Shown: positions 48,723 to 60,819 of the stretch, piece after piece
How the letters are laid out: every line of letters starts with the position of its first letter
How positions within the stretch are numbered: position 1 is the stretch's first letter
Assembly (NCBI GenBank): GCA_963749655.1
Contig: CAVVOB010000028.1
Location: forward strand, 1-64,000
Length of the DNA stretch: 64,000 nt
Direction: 5' to 3'
DNA from: Nitrospirota bacterium
GTDB taxonomy: Bacteria; Nitrospirota; UBA9217
Notes under the pieces: generated by a model
Database searches by the model: none
The model's input: the letters and a program-made list of their open reading frames with translations, nothing else
Told to the model about the DNA's origin: nothing
Program-made: the position numbers and the translations under genes

Positions 48723-49649
48723 TTATCTGGTGAATGTCTTCCCCTCAATTCCCCGATGTCCCCGCAGGAACTCAGCGGCGGTCATGGGCTTCTTGCCCTC
48801 GGGTTGAATCATGAGGATGTCGAGCAGTCCGCTTCCTGTGCCTGCGGTCAGCGTGCTGTTATCCGGGCTCTGCAGCTCCCCCTGCCCGGAAGTTCCGGGC
48901 CGGTACGCGGAGGCGAGGATCTTGATCAGCCGGCCCTCAAGAAACGTATAGGCGCCCGGCCAGGGACTCATTCCCCGCACGCGGTTATGGATCTCCGCGG
49001 CCGGCAGGCTCCAGTCGATGAGCCCGTCGGCCTTTTTAAGGATCGGCGCCAGGGTCGCCTTCGAGACGTCCTGCTGCTCGGGCTTGAGCCCGCCCGCCGC
49101 TATGAGCGGGAGCGCCCTGACGATGAGCGCCGAGCCCAGGACCGAGAGCTTCTCCGTCAGCGATCCGGCCGTATCCCGGGCATCGATGGGAATGCGCTCC
49201 TGCAGCAGAATGGCGCCGGTATCCATGCTTTCGTCCATCTGCATGATGGTGATGCCCGTTTCCGCTTCGCCGCGGATGATCGCCCAGTTGATGGGCGCAG
49301 CCCCGCGGTAGGCAGGGAGGAGCGACGCGTGGATGTTGATGCACCCGAATTTCGGAAGGCCCAGGATCTCCTGCGGCAGGATCTGTCCATACGCGGCGAC
49401 GACGATGGCCTCGGGGGTCAGTTCACGGAGCGTCGCGATGAATTCGGCGTCTCTCACGCGGCGGGGCTGGAATAGAGGGACCCCCAGCTCCTGCGCCGCA
49501 AGCTTGACCGGCGGCGCAGCGAGCTCCCTGCCCCTGCCTGCGGGCTTGTCGATCCGCGAGACGACACCGGCGATGTCATGCCCTGCACGAGCGAGGGCGC
49601 GGAGCGTCGGAACGGAAAACCGGGGCGTGCCCATGAACACGAGTCTCAT
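48723..49649 (-). CDS. fmt: Methionyl-tRNA formyltransferase
   Basis: FMGTP, INIHASLLP.YRGAAPI, MDTG. Confidence 0.97.
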   Translation of the reverse strand: MRLVFMGTPRFSVPTLRALARAGHDIAGVVSRIDKPAGRGRELAAPPVKLAAQELGVPLFQPRRVRDAEFIATLRELTPEAIVVAAYGQILPQEILGLPKFGCINIHASLLPAYRGAAPINWAIIRGEAETGITIMQMDESMDTGAILLQERIPIDARDTAGSLTEKLSVLGSALIVRALPLIAAGGLKPEQQDVSKATLAPILKKADGLIDWSLPAAEIHNRVRGMSPWPGAYTFLEGRLIKILASAYRPGTSGQGELQSPDNSTLTAGTGSGLLDILMIQPEGKKPMTAAEFLRGHRGIEGKTFTR

Positions 49650-49796
49650 AGTTGATTGCCGGACCTCACAAAACGAATTCCCAATGCACTCCCCGGGCCG
49701 GTCAACCGGAACCTCGACTCCATGAGACGCTTGGATTGTGGTCAGGGGAAATGATCTGGAGTGTTGCGCCGGTTGCCCGACTCTGCCTCTTGTGAA

Positions 49797-50315
49797 CTAC
49801 ACGTTCTCTGCCGCCGCTTTCTTCCATCTTCTTTTGAAGATGCTCTTCTTGAGCGGACTCAAATGGTCGATAAAGAGCAGGCCGTTCAGATGATCGATTT
49901 CATGCTGGAGGGCTTTTGCGAGAAGTCCCTCCGCCCGGAGCTCGAAAGGCTTGCCGGCCCGGTCCTGGGCGCGCACGGTAACCGTTGACGCCCGCTTTAC
50001 GTTTTCTGCATAGTCGGGGATGCTGAGACACCCTTCTTCCTCGACGACCGATCCCTCCGTGGACAGGATCCTGGGATTGATGATGACGAGAAGGGGATGA
50101 CGCTGCCCGCTGTCCTCGCGGCTGCTCAGATCGATCACCGCCAGCTGCAGGGAAACGCCCACCTGATTGGCTGCCAGGCCGACGCCCGGCGCAGCGTGCA
50201 TGGTTTCGATCATGTCCTCGATCAAACGCTCCAGAGAGCTGTCGATCTTCTCCACAGGCGCTGTTTTAGTGCGTAAAACGGGGTCCGGGTATATTCGAAT
50301 AGGTCGTATTGCCAT
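49797..50315 (-). CDS. def: Peptide deformylase
   Basis: GVGLAANQ, EGCLS, QHEIDH. Confidence 0.97.
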   Translation of the reverse strand: MAIRPIRIYPDPVLRTKTAPVEKIDSSLERLIEDMIETMHAAPGVGLAANQVGVSLQLAVIDLSSREDSGQRHPLLVIINPRILSTEGSVVEEEGCLSIPDYAENVKRASTVTVRAQDRAGKPFELRAEGLLAKALQHEIDHLNGLLFIDHLSPLKKSIFKRRWKKAAAENV

Positions 50316-50447
50316 GATTTGTCATATTTAACATGATTCTCATTCAAAATCAAGGCGAATATGGATTTATCCGTGATTTCGGCCGTCCGCCCCGGCGGAA
50401 GGATGATAGTGTTGACACTTTCACGAGCTTTATGGTATTTTTAGCCT

Positions 50448-53400
50448 ATGGCAATCGACAAGAATACAATAATGAAGGAGGCCCAGAAATACGTCGCCAA
50501 GGGCCAGTTCGACAAGGCGATTGCCGAGTGGAGGAAACTGCTCAAGGAGTCGCCCCATGATGCGAACATTTTCAATACCATCGGCGATCTTTGCCTCAAA
50601 AAGAACTCCAAAGCGGAAGCTGTGGACGCCTACCGACGGGCAGCCGACATTCTCGCCCAGGACGGCTTTGCCTCGAAAGCCATAGCCCTTTATAAAAAGG
50701 TTTTGAATATCGACAGCAGCCAGGTCGAAGTCCACCTTGCCCTCGGCGATATGAATGCCGAAAAAGGTCTGACCGGAAACGCCCTCGAGAATTATAAGCA
50801 TGTCGCGGACCATTATAAGAAAGAGAACAAGACCGCCAAGGCCCTCGGTATTTACCAGAAAATGGCGGACCTCAACCCGACGAACGTAGCCTTCCGGCTC
50901 AAGCTGGCCGACATGTACGCCAAAGAGAAAATGATCGCTGAAGCGTCCAAGGCCTACCTTGATGCTGCCGATGTCCATATGTCAAAGGAGGCGTTCAATG
51001 ACGCCCGGCAGCTGTTCGAAAAGGTCCTCGCTCTTGACCCCAACAATAAAACGGTCTATCACAGGGCCGGAATCGTTTACTTCCGCGAAGGAAAATTCGG
51101 GGAAGCCTGCAAGGCGCTGAAGCCCGCCTTCGAGATCGATCCTTCCAATCGCGAGCTCGCCGATAGCTACCTCGACGCCCTGGCGAAAGCGGGCAAGGAG
51201 AGCGACGCTGAGCAGGTCATCACCAAGATCCTCGCTGTGGACGCCGATCGGCCCGACCTGCAGGACAGGCTGTGTCAGTTGCTTCTCGCCAGGCAGGATT
51301 ATCAAAAAGCCCTCGTGGTCGTGTCCGTACAATCCGACGCTCTCGCTGATGCGGGACATCACGAGGTCGCTGAAGGAATTCTCAGGAAATTCGTCGCAGC
51401 CTGTCCCCGCTTTGCTCCCGGCTTTCAGAAGCTCGCCGACCTGTATCGCTCAATGGGCCGCGGCGAGGACGCCGCCCGTGCCCTGGTGCAGGCAGCGACG
51501 ATCCTCGCCGATGCCGGGGACGCGGAAGGCGCCCGGGCAAGTGCGAACCGTGCGCTCGAATTTATTCCCGGCATGCCGGAAGCCTCCGACCTGCTCGGCA
51601 GCCTTGCCCGGCGGGTGCAGACAGCAGCGGCAGCACCCCCGCCACAGTCTCCTCCTGTTGAGAGTGTCCAGGCTCCTCCGCCTCCGCGGCCGGCCCCAAC
51701 CGAGTGGAAACCCCCTGTTGAAACGCCTGCTCCGCCCGCATACGAAGCCGAGCCCTTCCTGGAGCCCGTTGCGCCGCCGGCAGAAGCCGGGGGGGAACCG
51801 CCGGCCATCCAGGAAGCGCTGACCGAGGCTGACGTGCTTGTTAAATACGGCCTCGCCACAAAGGCAATAGAACAGCTTGAAGTCCTTTCACGGTCGTACC
51901 CGGAAAGCACGCAGATCCATCTCAAGCTGCACGATCTTTACGGAGATCAGGGGCAGATGCACAAGGCCGCGGGCCATATGCTTGCCCTTGCCGATCTCTA
52001 TGCGAAGCATGGTTCCCCCGACCTGGCCGAGCAGGCGCTCCATTCGGCACGGGGGATTGATCCGACGAATAGGGATGTCATAGCGCGGTTCGGCGCTCCC
52101 CCGGAGGCGGCAGCCGTGCCGCAGGCTGCGGCTGCACCTTCGGTCGAAGAAGGGTTTCCGCTTCACGAACCTGCCGCGACCGACGAGATCGTGTTCGAAG
52201 GTCTGGATGCAGGCATACCCTCCATCACCGAGGAATTTACCGCTGAAGAGCGCGTTGACCATGCGGCACAGCCGCCCTTCGCGGAAGAGCCCGCTCCTCT
52301 CGAGATGGCCGGGGAAATGTCTGCGGCCGAGGAGGCTCCCTTTACCGGTTCGGAGGCCGAAACCTCTCAGGACCAGTTCGTTGAAGAAAGGCCGCTCGAA
52401 GAAGCGGCTCCCTTCACCGAAGTACAGCCCGACCGTTTTGCGGCGGCAGTCCCTGAACAACCGCCGGCAGAAGAGGCGGACCTCAGTGAAATCTGGGCGG
52501 AGGCCGAATTCTATTATCAGCAAGGTCTGTTTGATGAGGCCAAAAAACATTACGCAAAGATCGTCAGCCTGAATCCCGCGGAAAAGAGGGCCATCGAGAG
52601 GCTCACCGAGATTTCCCGCGAACAGGAAGACTCCGAGGAGTTCACCAAGCTTGCGGAAGCCGTGGAAGGTCTGGAAACCTCTTTCGCAGGTCACGCCGCG
52701 GTTGAGGAACTCCCGATGAGCGAGTCGGATGAAGATGCCGTCCGCAGCCTGATGCAGGAAATCTCCCAGATCAAAACGCCGGAAAGAACCCCGCCGCCCC
52801 CGATCGTGGAGGAGCCTGCTGCTGCGCCTCCGCGGCTGAAGACGCCCAAGACCGAGCCGCCGCTCAAGCCCGTTGCCCCCCGCGAGGCGCAAACTCCTCC
52901 CCTGCGGCCTGCCGCACCCCCTCCGGAGCCTGTTCGGTTCGCGGAAAGACCGGCCGCATCAGCAGCCGCTCCCCCCCGAAAAACCGACGAGGAAGAGTTC
53001 TTCGACCTGGGAGCAGAACTGGCACAGGAAAGCAAAGCTGCCGCAACAATGCGGAAGGATTCAGCGGGTGACGACTTCTTCGATCTTGCCTCGGAGCTCA
53101 GGGATGAGCTGAGCAATGCGGCAGAGCCGGCCCGGCCTGCGGCCTCGGCCGAGGAGCAGAGCCTGGATGAGATCTTCGAGGAATTCAAGAAGGGCGTCGA
53201 GCAACAGTCGATCAAGGAAGATGTCGACACCCACTACAATCTCGGCGTCGCCTACAAGGAAATGGGGCTTCTCGATGACGCGATCAGCGAGTTCACCATG
53301 ACTCCGGAGGACGAGCCGAAATTCATCCAGAGCCGTTACATGCTCGGACTCTGCTATATGGAAAAAGGTGAGTTCAAGAACGCCATCGGCGAGATCCAGA

Positions 53401-53714
53401 ACGCCCTGGACTATTCGGAAAGCCTCGGCGAGGAGGCCCAGGGCGGTATCGAGATGCATTACGACCTCGGGCTGGCCTACCAGGGAGCGGGCAATACCGC
53501 CGCAGCGCTTCGCGAGTTTCAGGTCGTCGCAGGGATGGATCCCGCATACCGCGACACCCGGTCGAAGCTCAAGGAGCTGAAACAGGGAGATTTTGTTTCG
53601 CTCGATCAGTTGAAGACCGACATTGAAAAGGAAATTTCCGCAAAGTTCCTTGAAGAGGGCGAACGGATAGAGCGCGAAGAGAAGCACCGGAAAAGCGAAA
53701 AGATAAGAAACTGA
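50448..53714 (+). CDS. Large TPR protein with Pro/Glu-rich linkers
   Basis: N-terminal TPRs; THYNLGVAYKEMGL C-terminal TPR module. Confidence 0.88.
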   Translation: MAIDKNTIMKEAQKYVAKGQFDKAIAEWRKLLKESPHDANIFNTIGDLCLKKNSKAEAVDAYRRAADILAQDGFASKAIALYKKVLNIDSSQVEVHLALGDMNAEKGLTGNALENYKHVADHYKKENKTAKALGIYQKMADLNPTNVAFRLKLADMYAKEKMIAEASKAYLDAADVHMSKEAFNDARQLFEKVLALDPNNKTVYHRAGIVYFREGKFGEACKALKPAFEIDPSNRELADSYLDALAKAGKESDAEQVITKILAVDADRPDLQDRLCQLLLARQDYQKALVVVSVQSDALADAGHHEVAEGILRKFVAACPRFAPGFQKLADLYRSMGRGEDAARALVQAATILADAGDAEGARASANRALEFIPGMPEASDLLGSLARRVQTAAAAPPPQSPPVESVQAPPPPRPAPTEWKPPVETPAPPAYEAEPFLEPVAPPAEAGGEPPAIQEALTEADVLVKYGLATKAIEQLEVLSRSYPESTQIHLKLHDLYGDQGQMHKAAGHMLALADLYAKHGSPDLAEQALHSARGIDPTNRDVIARFGAPPEAAAVPQAAAAPSVEEGFPLHEPAATDEIVFEGLDAGIPSITEEFTAEERVDHAAQPPFAEEPAPLEMAGEMSAAEEAPFTGSEAETSQDQFVEERPLEEAAPFTEVQPDRFAAAVPEQPPAEEADLSEIWAEAEFYYQQGLFDEAKKHYAKIVSLNPAEKRAIERLTEISREQEDSEEFTKLAEAVEGLETSFAGHAAVEELPMSESDEDAVRSLMQEISQIKTPERTPPPPIVEEPAAAPPRLKTPKTEPPLKPVAPREAQTPPLRPAAPPPEPVRFAERPAASAAAPPRKTDEEEFFDLGAELAQESKAAATMRKDSAGDDFFDLASELRDELSNAAEPARPAASAEEQSLDEIFEEFKKGVEQQSIKEDVDTHYNLGVAYKEMGLLDDAISEFTMTPEDEPKFIQSRYMLGLCYMEKGEFKNAIGEIQNALDYSESLGEEAQGGIEMHYDLGLAYQGAGNTAAALREFQVVAGMDPAYRDTRSKLKELKQGDFVSLDQLKTDIEKEISAKFLEEGERIEREEKHRKSEKIRN

Positions 53715-53815
53715 TACTGCCCAAATAATAGGCTGATGCCTTTTTTTTGAGCACAACCCTTCCTCGACAACCTAACTAACCAACTGAAATTACACGCCTT
53801 GCACCCTAGCATTAA

Positions 53816-54190
<375 letters not shown>

Positions 54191-54367
54191 AGACAGTTGC
54201 GAGTTTTGAGTTTTTAGTTTTGAGTTAGTTAAAACTACAAACCTAACGGAACTACTTTGCGGGAGAAGCAGAGATATAAGACAGTTACGAGTTTTGAGTT
54301 TTGTGTTGTTGTATTAACTAAAAACTACAAAACTAAAAACTATGAACTATTTTCAGGAGGAGGAACA

Positions 54368-55780
<1,413 letters not shown>

Positions 55781-55813
55781 TATCGATTTACCACTACCAG
55801 GTGGTGCTTGACG

Positions 55814-55849
55814 ACCGGGACCCTGCAGAACAAGGGTCCCGGTTTTTTT
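55814..55849 (+). terminator. glnA terminator
   Basis: accgggaccct...agggtcccggt followed by a T-run. Confidence 0.85.
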
Positions 55850-56115
55850 GTTCCCGGCTTGCGTCATTCCTTTACGAAACCAAAAAACTTCTTTTAAACC
55901 TCATTTTTTTGCAGCTCTCTTGACAAGGCGGGGCTGTTTCATTATTATAGCCTCCTCATAAAATGCGGTACCGTATGGCGAGCAGGGACAGCGATCACCC
56001 TCTGATCAAACTGTGGAAAACTTTTATTGACACAGATGGAAATCCGTCTGTACAGGCAAAAAGCCGTCATCACAGCCGCTCACGGGAGGATTGCACTTGA
56101 CGGAAACTTCCACTG

Positions 56116-56653
56116 ATGCCAGAGGTGAAACAAGTTATGAATAAGGTTTCGGACCAATTTGCAAAAAGAGCAGGCTCCTATTCAGGGTCGGCTGTCTGGA
56201 TTTCGCACGGCCCGCTCATACAAGCACATCTGGATGCGACAGGCAGGAAAATGCCGGGCAGTGCTCTTGAGGTATGCTGCGGGACCGGCATGGTGGGACG
56301 CTCCTTCAAGAACGCCGGATGGAATGTCATCGGCATCGATTTGACGGCCGGGATGGCGGAAGAAGCCAACCGATATTTTCCAGCCATCTGCGCGCCGGCG
56401 GAAAAGATCCCGTTTCTCGACGAGGCCTTCGACGTCGCGGTCCTTCGGCAGGCTTACTTCCTGATTCCGGACGGCCAGCAGGTCCTCGCCCAGATCAGCA
56501 GGGTGCTGCGGCCCGACGGGACGTTCGTCTTCGGCCAGACCGTGCCCTACTCTTCAAAAGATGCGGCCTGGCTCGAAAAAATCCATCGGACGAAGCAGGC
56601 AGCGCTCCTGCATTTTTTCACGGAAGAGGGAGCGCATGGAGGAATGGCTATAA
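56116..56653 (+). CDS. Class I SAM-dependent methyltransferase (3' end uncertain)
   Basis: LEVCCGTG, GIDLT, IPFLDEAFD, LRPDG. Confidence 0.8.
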
Positions 56654-57534
56654 TGCATCACGGCCTCGATTCGGAATTCGGAAATCTGAGGACGGTGCTC
56701 CTGTATGCGCCGGGACTGAAGCCGAACTGCACCCCGATCCGCTGACATCCATCATCTCCGCCGATCGCGTACATGCCCTTTCCCGCGAATTCGACGGCAT
56801 CACTGCCGCGTATGCAAAGCTCGGCGTCGACGTTCACTGGATCGACCCGTCGCAGCTCAGCAGTGACCGAAGATATCTTTACAATATGATGTACTGCCGC
56901 GACCTGTTCTTTATGACGCCCCGCGGTGCGATCCTCTCCAGCATGGCCAGCGGCGTCAGGAAGGAAGAGGTGCGGTATGCTGAGCGCGCGCTTACTACGG
57001 CCGGCGCTCCGATCCTCCATGCCGTTTCGGGAGGAGGAACCATTGAAGGGGCCACGCTCTGTGGATCAAGCAAGCCTAGTCGTCTCGGCGAGGCAAACGG
57101 ACCAGCGGCCCGGCATTCGAGCAGATCAAGACGATCCTGAAGGGCCAGAACGTCGAATGCGTTGTCGTGTCCGCTCGCCAGGACCGGACCCAGCACCTGC
57201 TGGGCATCGTGCAGATCGTGGACCGGGACCTGGCGCTCCTGCGCCACGAAATCGCCGACCCGGAAATCGGTCGATTGCTGGAAAGCCTCGGTTTCTTCGT
57301 CGTCCCCGTACCGGAGAGCGAAGAAGTGGCAACGCGGCAGGCCATGAACATCGTCACCGCAGCGCCGCGGACCATCATGATGACGGCAGGCTGCCCTGAA
57401 ACAAAGGCGCTCTATCAGCGGGCGGGCATAACCGTTGCCGCAGAAGTTGAACTGACACAGCTCCTGCGGGGGCGGGCGGGCTTGCATGCGCTACCGGCAT
57501 TATTGCACGCGACTCGTACATCTCCGGCAGATGA
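56653..57534 (+). CDS. Amidinotransferase / DDAH / arginine-deiminase family protein (several frameshifts)
   Basis: DSEFGNLRTV, MYCRD, IEG, QHL, AMNIV, GLACATG spread over frames. Confidence 0.8.
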
Positions 57535-57666
57535 CCTGCCGTCGAACTTCTTCCTCTCAATTCCCGGATGTCCGTTCCATGTACAGCATTGATCGCTGTT
57601 TCCGCGGCTTCCCGGCGTCTTTTTCTGATTGACCTCCCCCTGCTCCTGGTATAGTATTGCAACAGA

Positions 57667-60600
57667 ATGTTTCAATGGAAACTTCATACGAAGTTCCTCG
57701 TTTTCGTGCTCGGGAGCGTCATTCTCGTCCTCGGCACGTTGTCGTTCCTGTTCATCCGGCGCGAAGCACGCCTGATCAGCCAGAAAAACATCGAAACGCA
57801 GCACGTTCTTGCCGCTTCCTTCGCCGAGGACCTTGCCGAAAACATGCTGGAAGGCAGGCCGAGAAGCACCCTGAACCTGATGAAGGCCATGCAGAAGAAC
57901 TTCAACCTCGCGCGCCTTGAGGTCCTCCGTGAGGACGGCTCACGAGCCTTCGGCAGAGCAGCCGGCCGGATCGATGCTCCCCGCCTGGCGGAGGCCTTCT
58001 CATCGGGCAGAGAGGTCGACTTTCAGGAGACGGGAGACCCCCCCCTCAGCACCATCGTCATCCCCCTGACAAACGAAGCCAGCTGCCGGAGATGCCACAA
58101 AACAAATGGGGCGATTCTCGGCGCCGTGCTTGTATCCGTTTCGCGGGAAGATGATATCCGGGAGATCATTAAGAGCAGGCGGGACCTGTCCTTTCTGTTC
58201 TCCGCCGCCATCGGGCTCATCGGCTTGATCCTGTACGCCATGATCAGGAAGGTCGTTCTCGGCCCCCTGACGCAACTCCATCAGGGCGCCGAACGCCTCG
58301 GGCGGGGCGACTTCGCGCACCGGATCGCCCTGCCGACGCGGGACGAACTGCAGGATCTTGCCCTGGCCTTCAACGCCATGGCCGGCCGCATCGAAGAATC
58401 CTATTCGGGGCTCGAGGACGCCATCCGCGAGCGGACTTCACAGCTGCATACGGCCCTCGGAGAGATCCAGGAAAAAGCCAGCCGCCTGTACGCCTACAGC
58501 CGGGACATGGCCACGATTTCCCGTCTGTCCACAAAAGTATTCAACGTCGATGTTTCGCTTGACGAAATGCTCGACCGTTTCATGTGGAGCCTTGCCCGCG
58601 GCCTCGGCTACCGGGAAACCATGCTCTGCCTGGTCGATCGCAAGCGGGTGTGGCTCGACGTCAAGCGGGACACCGGGCTCGGCAACTTATTGCCCTTTCG
58701 GGGACAGTCGCTGCTCAGCAACGATCCCATCATCAGCATCGTCAGGAAAAGCAACATCGAGGTCCTGGACCGCAGTGCCCTTGGGAACGCGGGGATAGAA
58801 TTGCATGCAGGCCTCGCGAAAGACGATCCCCACGAATTCTATTTCATCCCGCTCCTGAACAGAAAACACAACAATAAGTGCTGGCAGGTCACAAGCTGCA
58901 TCAAGACCGACTGCCCGGCCTATGCCGACGAGAAAGCCCACTGCTGGCTTGTCGACAATACGCTCTGCGGCAACCCCATCCGCGAATCCTACGGCAGCAA
59001 GCTGGCCTACTGCATGACCTGCCAGATGTTTCCGGTCATCGGCGTGCTGATCGTGGCCGCCGATGTTCGCAAGCAGCCTTTGCGCAACAGAAATGTCGGC
59101 GTTCTCCGGATCCTTGCGGCTGAAATTGCCTCGGCACTGGAAAACCGCAGGCTTCACGAGGCAAACCAGCAGATGGTCCGGGAACTCCTCGAGCTCCATC
59201 GGGTAACGGCCGCCGCACTCGCCGATCTCTCGCTTATGAAAGCACTCGAGGTTTTCACCGACTCGGCGCTGAAATTTGCCGGTCTCGATGCCTGCTATTT
59301 CTGGCTGATGACGCCGGACGGCCGCGAGCTCGTAAGGCAGGCAGGCGGGAACATCGACAACGAGGGCGCACCTGACGACCAGCCGGACCGCCTCCCCGCG
59401 GACAGCGGCCTCCTCGGCCGCGCGCTGCTCCAGAAAAGCAACTTCGTGATCGATTACGACGTTGCTGCCCACGATCCCGGACTGGGCGCGGCCGCGCGGT
59501 CCACCGGCATGCATTCGCTGCTCGCTGTCCCGCTGAAGAGCGAAGGCGGCCCGCTCGGCGTGTTTACGGTGCACAAGCGGGGAACGATGCCCTTCCTCGA
59601 AACGGAGGTTGCGGCGTTCATGCTCCTCGCGAACCAGGCCGCCATGACCGTCAATGTCTGCATGCTGAGCGACGAGTTGAAGGTCCAGAACCGGGAGCTC
59701 GCACGCCATACGGGCCTGCTGAGCGGCATCCTCTCGAACATGTCGAGCGGAATCATGCTTCTCGACGAGAACACGACCATTGCACTGGTCAACCAGGTCG
59801 GCGCGGACATCCTCCAGACCGGCCGTGATCTGCTCCTGAACAAACAGCTGTCGTCGTTCTTTCCCGAAGCCTCGGCCTTCGTCAGTTCCGCTGTGGGTTC
59901 CTACCAGGAGATGGAAATCCGCCTCAGGAACGGAACGACCGTGCCCATAGGTTATTCAAAGACTTTTTACCGCAGCTCGCCCGGCGAGTCGGAGGGCATC
60001 ATCGTCGTGTTCCGGGACCTTTCCGAAATCAAGACGCTCCAGGCCGAGCTGTTGAACAAGGAACGCTTCGCGGCCATGGGAAGGGTGGTGGCCGGCGTCG
60101 CTCACGAGATCCGAAATCCGCTCTTCGGCATCAGCTCCGTCGGCCAGATCCTGGAGCGGGAAATCCACGATCCGGCGCACCAGGAACTCATCCGGGCGCT
60201 CCTCTCCGAATCGCGGCGGATGAACCAGCTGGTGGAAGAGCTCCTTCTTTACGGACGGCCCATGAAACTGAACCCGGAGTCCTGCGATGTTGCCGCGATC
60301 TGGGGCGAAGTGATCAACATGCACCGCAGCGAACTCGAACGGAAGCAGATCGTGATCAACGGAGACCTTCAGGTAAAGCACATGACGGCGCTGCTCGATA
60401 CCAATCAGATCCGCCAGGTGTTTCTCAATCTTCTCAGAAACGCGATCGACGCCGCGGACCGCGGCGGCGCGATCGATTTCCGCGTGCTCCTCGAGGACCG
60501 GCACATCGTCGTAAAAATCTCCGATACGGGCCGCGGAATCCCTGCGAACGACCTCGACAGGATCTTTGATCTCTTTTACACGACCAAACCGAAAGGCACG

Positions 60601-60747
60601 GGGCTCGGACTGGCCATCTGCAAAAAGATCGTCCAGGACCACGGCGGCGACATTTCCGTTGAAAGCAAGGAAGGAAAAGGCTCCGCCTTCACGATCAAGC
60701 TGCCGTATCGCGGAATCCCGGCCGACCCGGTTGTAGCAGCAACCTGA
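57667..60747 (+). CDS. Sensor histidine kinase (periplasmic CxxCH, HAMP, GAFs, PAS)
   Basis: CRRCH; HAMP DELQDLA; AHEIRNPL; GTGLGL. Confidence 0.93.
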   Translation: MFQWKLHTKFLVFVLGSVILVLGTLSFLFIRREARLISQKNIETQHVLAASFAEDLAENMLEGRPRSTLNLMKAMQKNFNLARLEVLREDGSRAFGRAAGRIDAPRLAEAFSSGREVDFQETGDPPLSTIVIPLTNEASCRRCHKTNGAILGAVLVSVSREDDIREIIKSRRDLSFLFSAAIGLIGLILYAMIRKVVLGPLTQLHQGAERLGRGDFAHRIALPTRDELQDLALAFNAMAGRIEESYSGLEDAIRERTSQLHTALGEIQEKASRLYAYSRDMATISRLSTKVFNVDVSLDEMLDRFMWSLARGLGYRETMLCLVDRKRVWLDVKRDTGLGNLLPFRGQSLLSNDPIISIVRKSNIEVLDRSALGNAGIELHAGLAKDDPHEFYFIPLLNRKHNNKCWQVTSCIKTDCPAYADEKAHCWLVDNTLCGNPIRESYGSKLAYCMTCQMFPVIGVLIVAADVRKQPLRNRNVGVLRILAAEIASALENRRLHEANQQMVRELLELHRVTAAALADLSLMKALEVFTDSALKFAGLDACYFWLMTPDGRELVRQAGGNIDNEGAPDDQPDRLPADSGLLGRALLQKSNFVIDYDVAAHDPGLGAAARSTGMHSLLAVPLKSEGGPLGVFTVHKRGTMPFLETEVAAFMLLANQAAMTVNVCMLSDELKVQNRELARHTGLLSGILSNMSSGIMLLDENTTIALVNQVGADILQTGRDLLLNKQLSSFFPEASAFVSSAVGSYQEMEIRLRNGTTVPIGYSKTFYRSSPGESEGIIVVFRDLSEIKTLQAELLNKERFAAMGRVVAGVAHEIRNPLFGISSVGQILEREIHDPAHQELIRALLSESRRMNQLVEELLLYGRPMKLNPESCDVAAIWGEVINMHRSELERKQIVINGDLQVKHMTALLDTNQIRQVFLNLLRNAIDAADRGGAIDFRVLLEDRHIVVKISDTGRGIPANDLDRIFDLFYTTKPKGTGLGLAICKKIVQDHGGDISVESKEGKGSAFTIKLPYRGIPADPVVAAT

Positions 60748-60819
60748 CAGCGGCGGTTCGGTGCCGATGCATTGCCGACGCCGCGTGCCTGCATCCATCG
60801 TGAGTACCAGGTGTAAACA

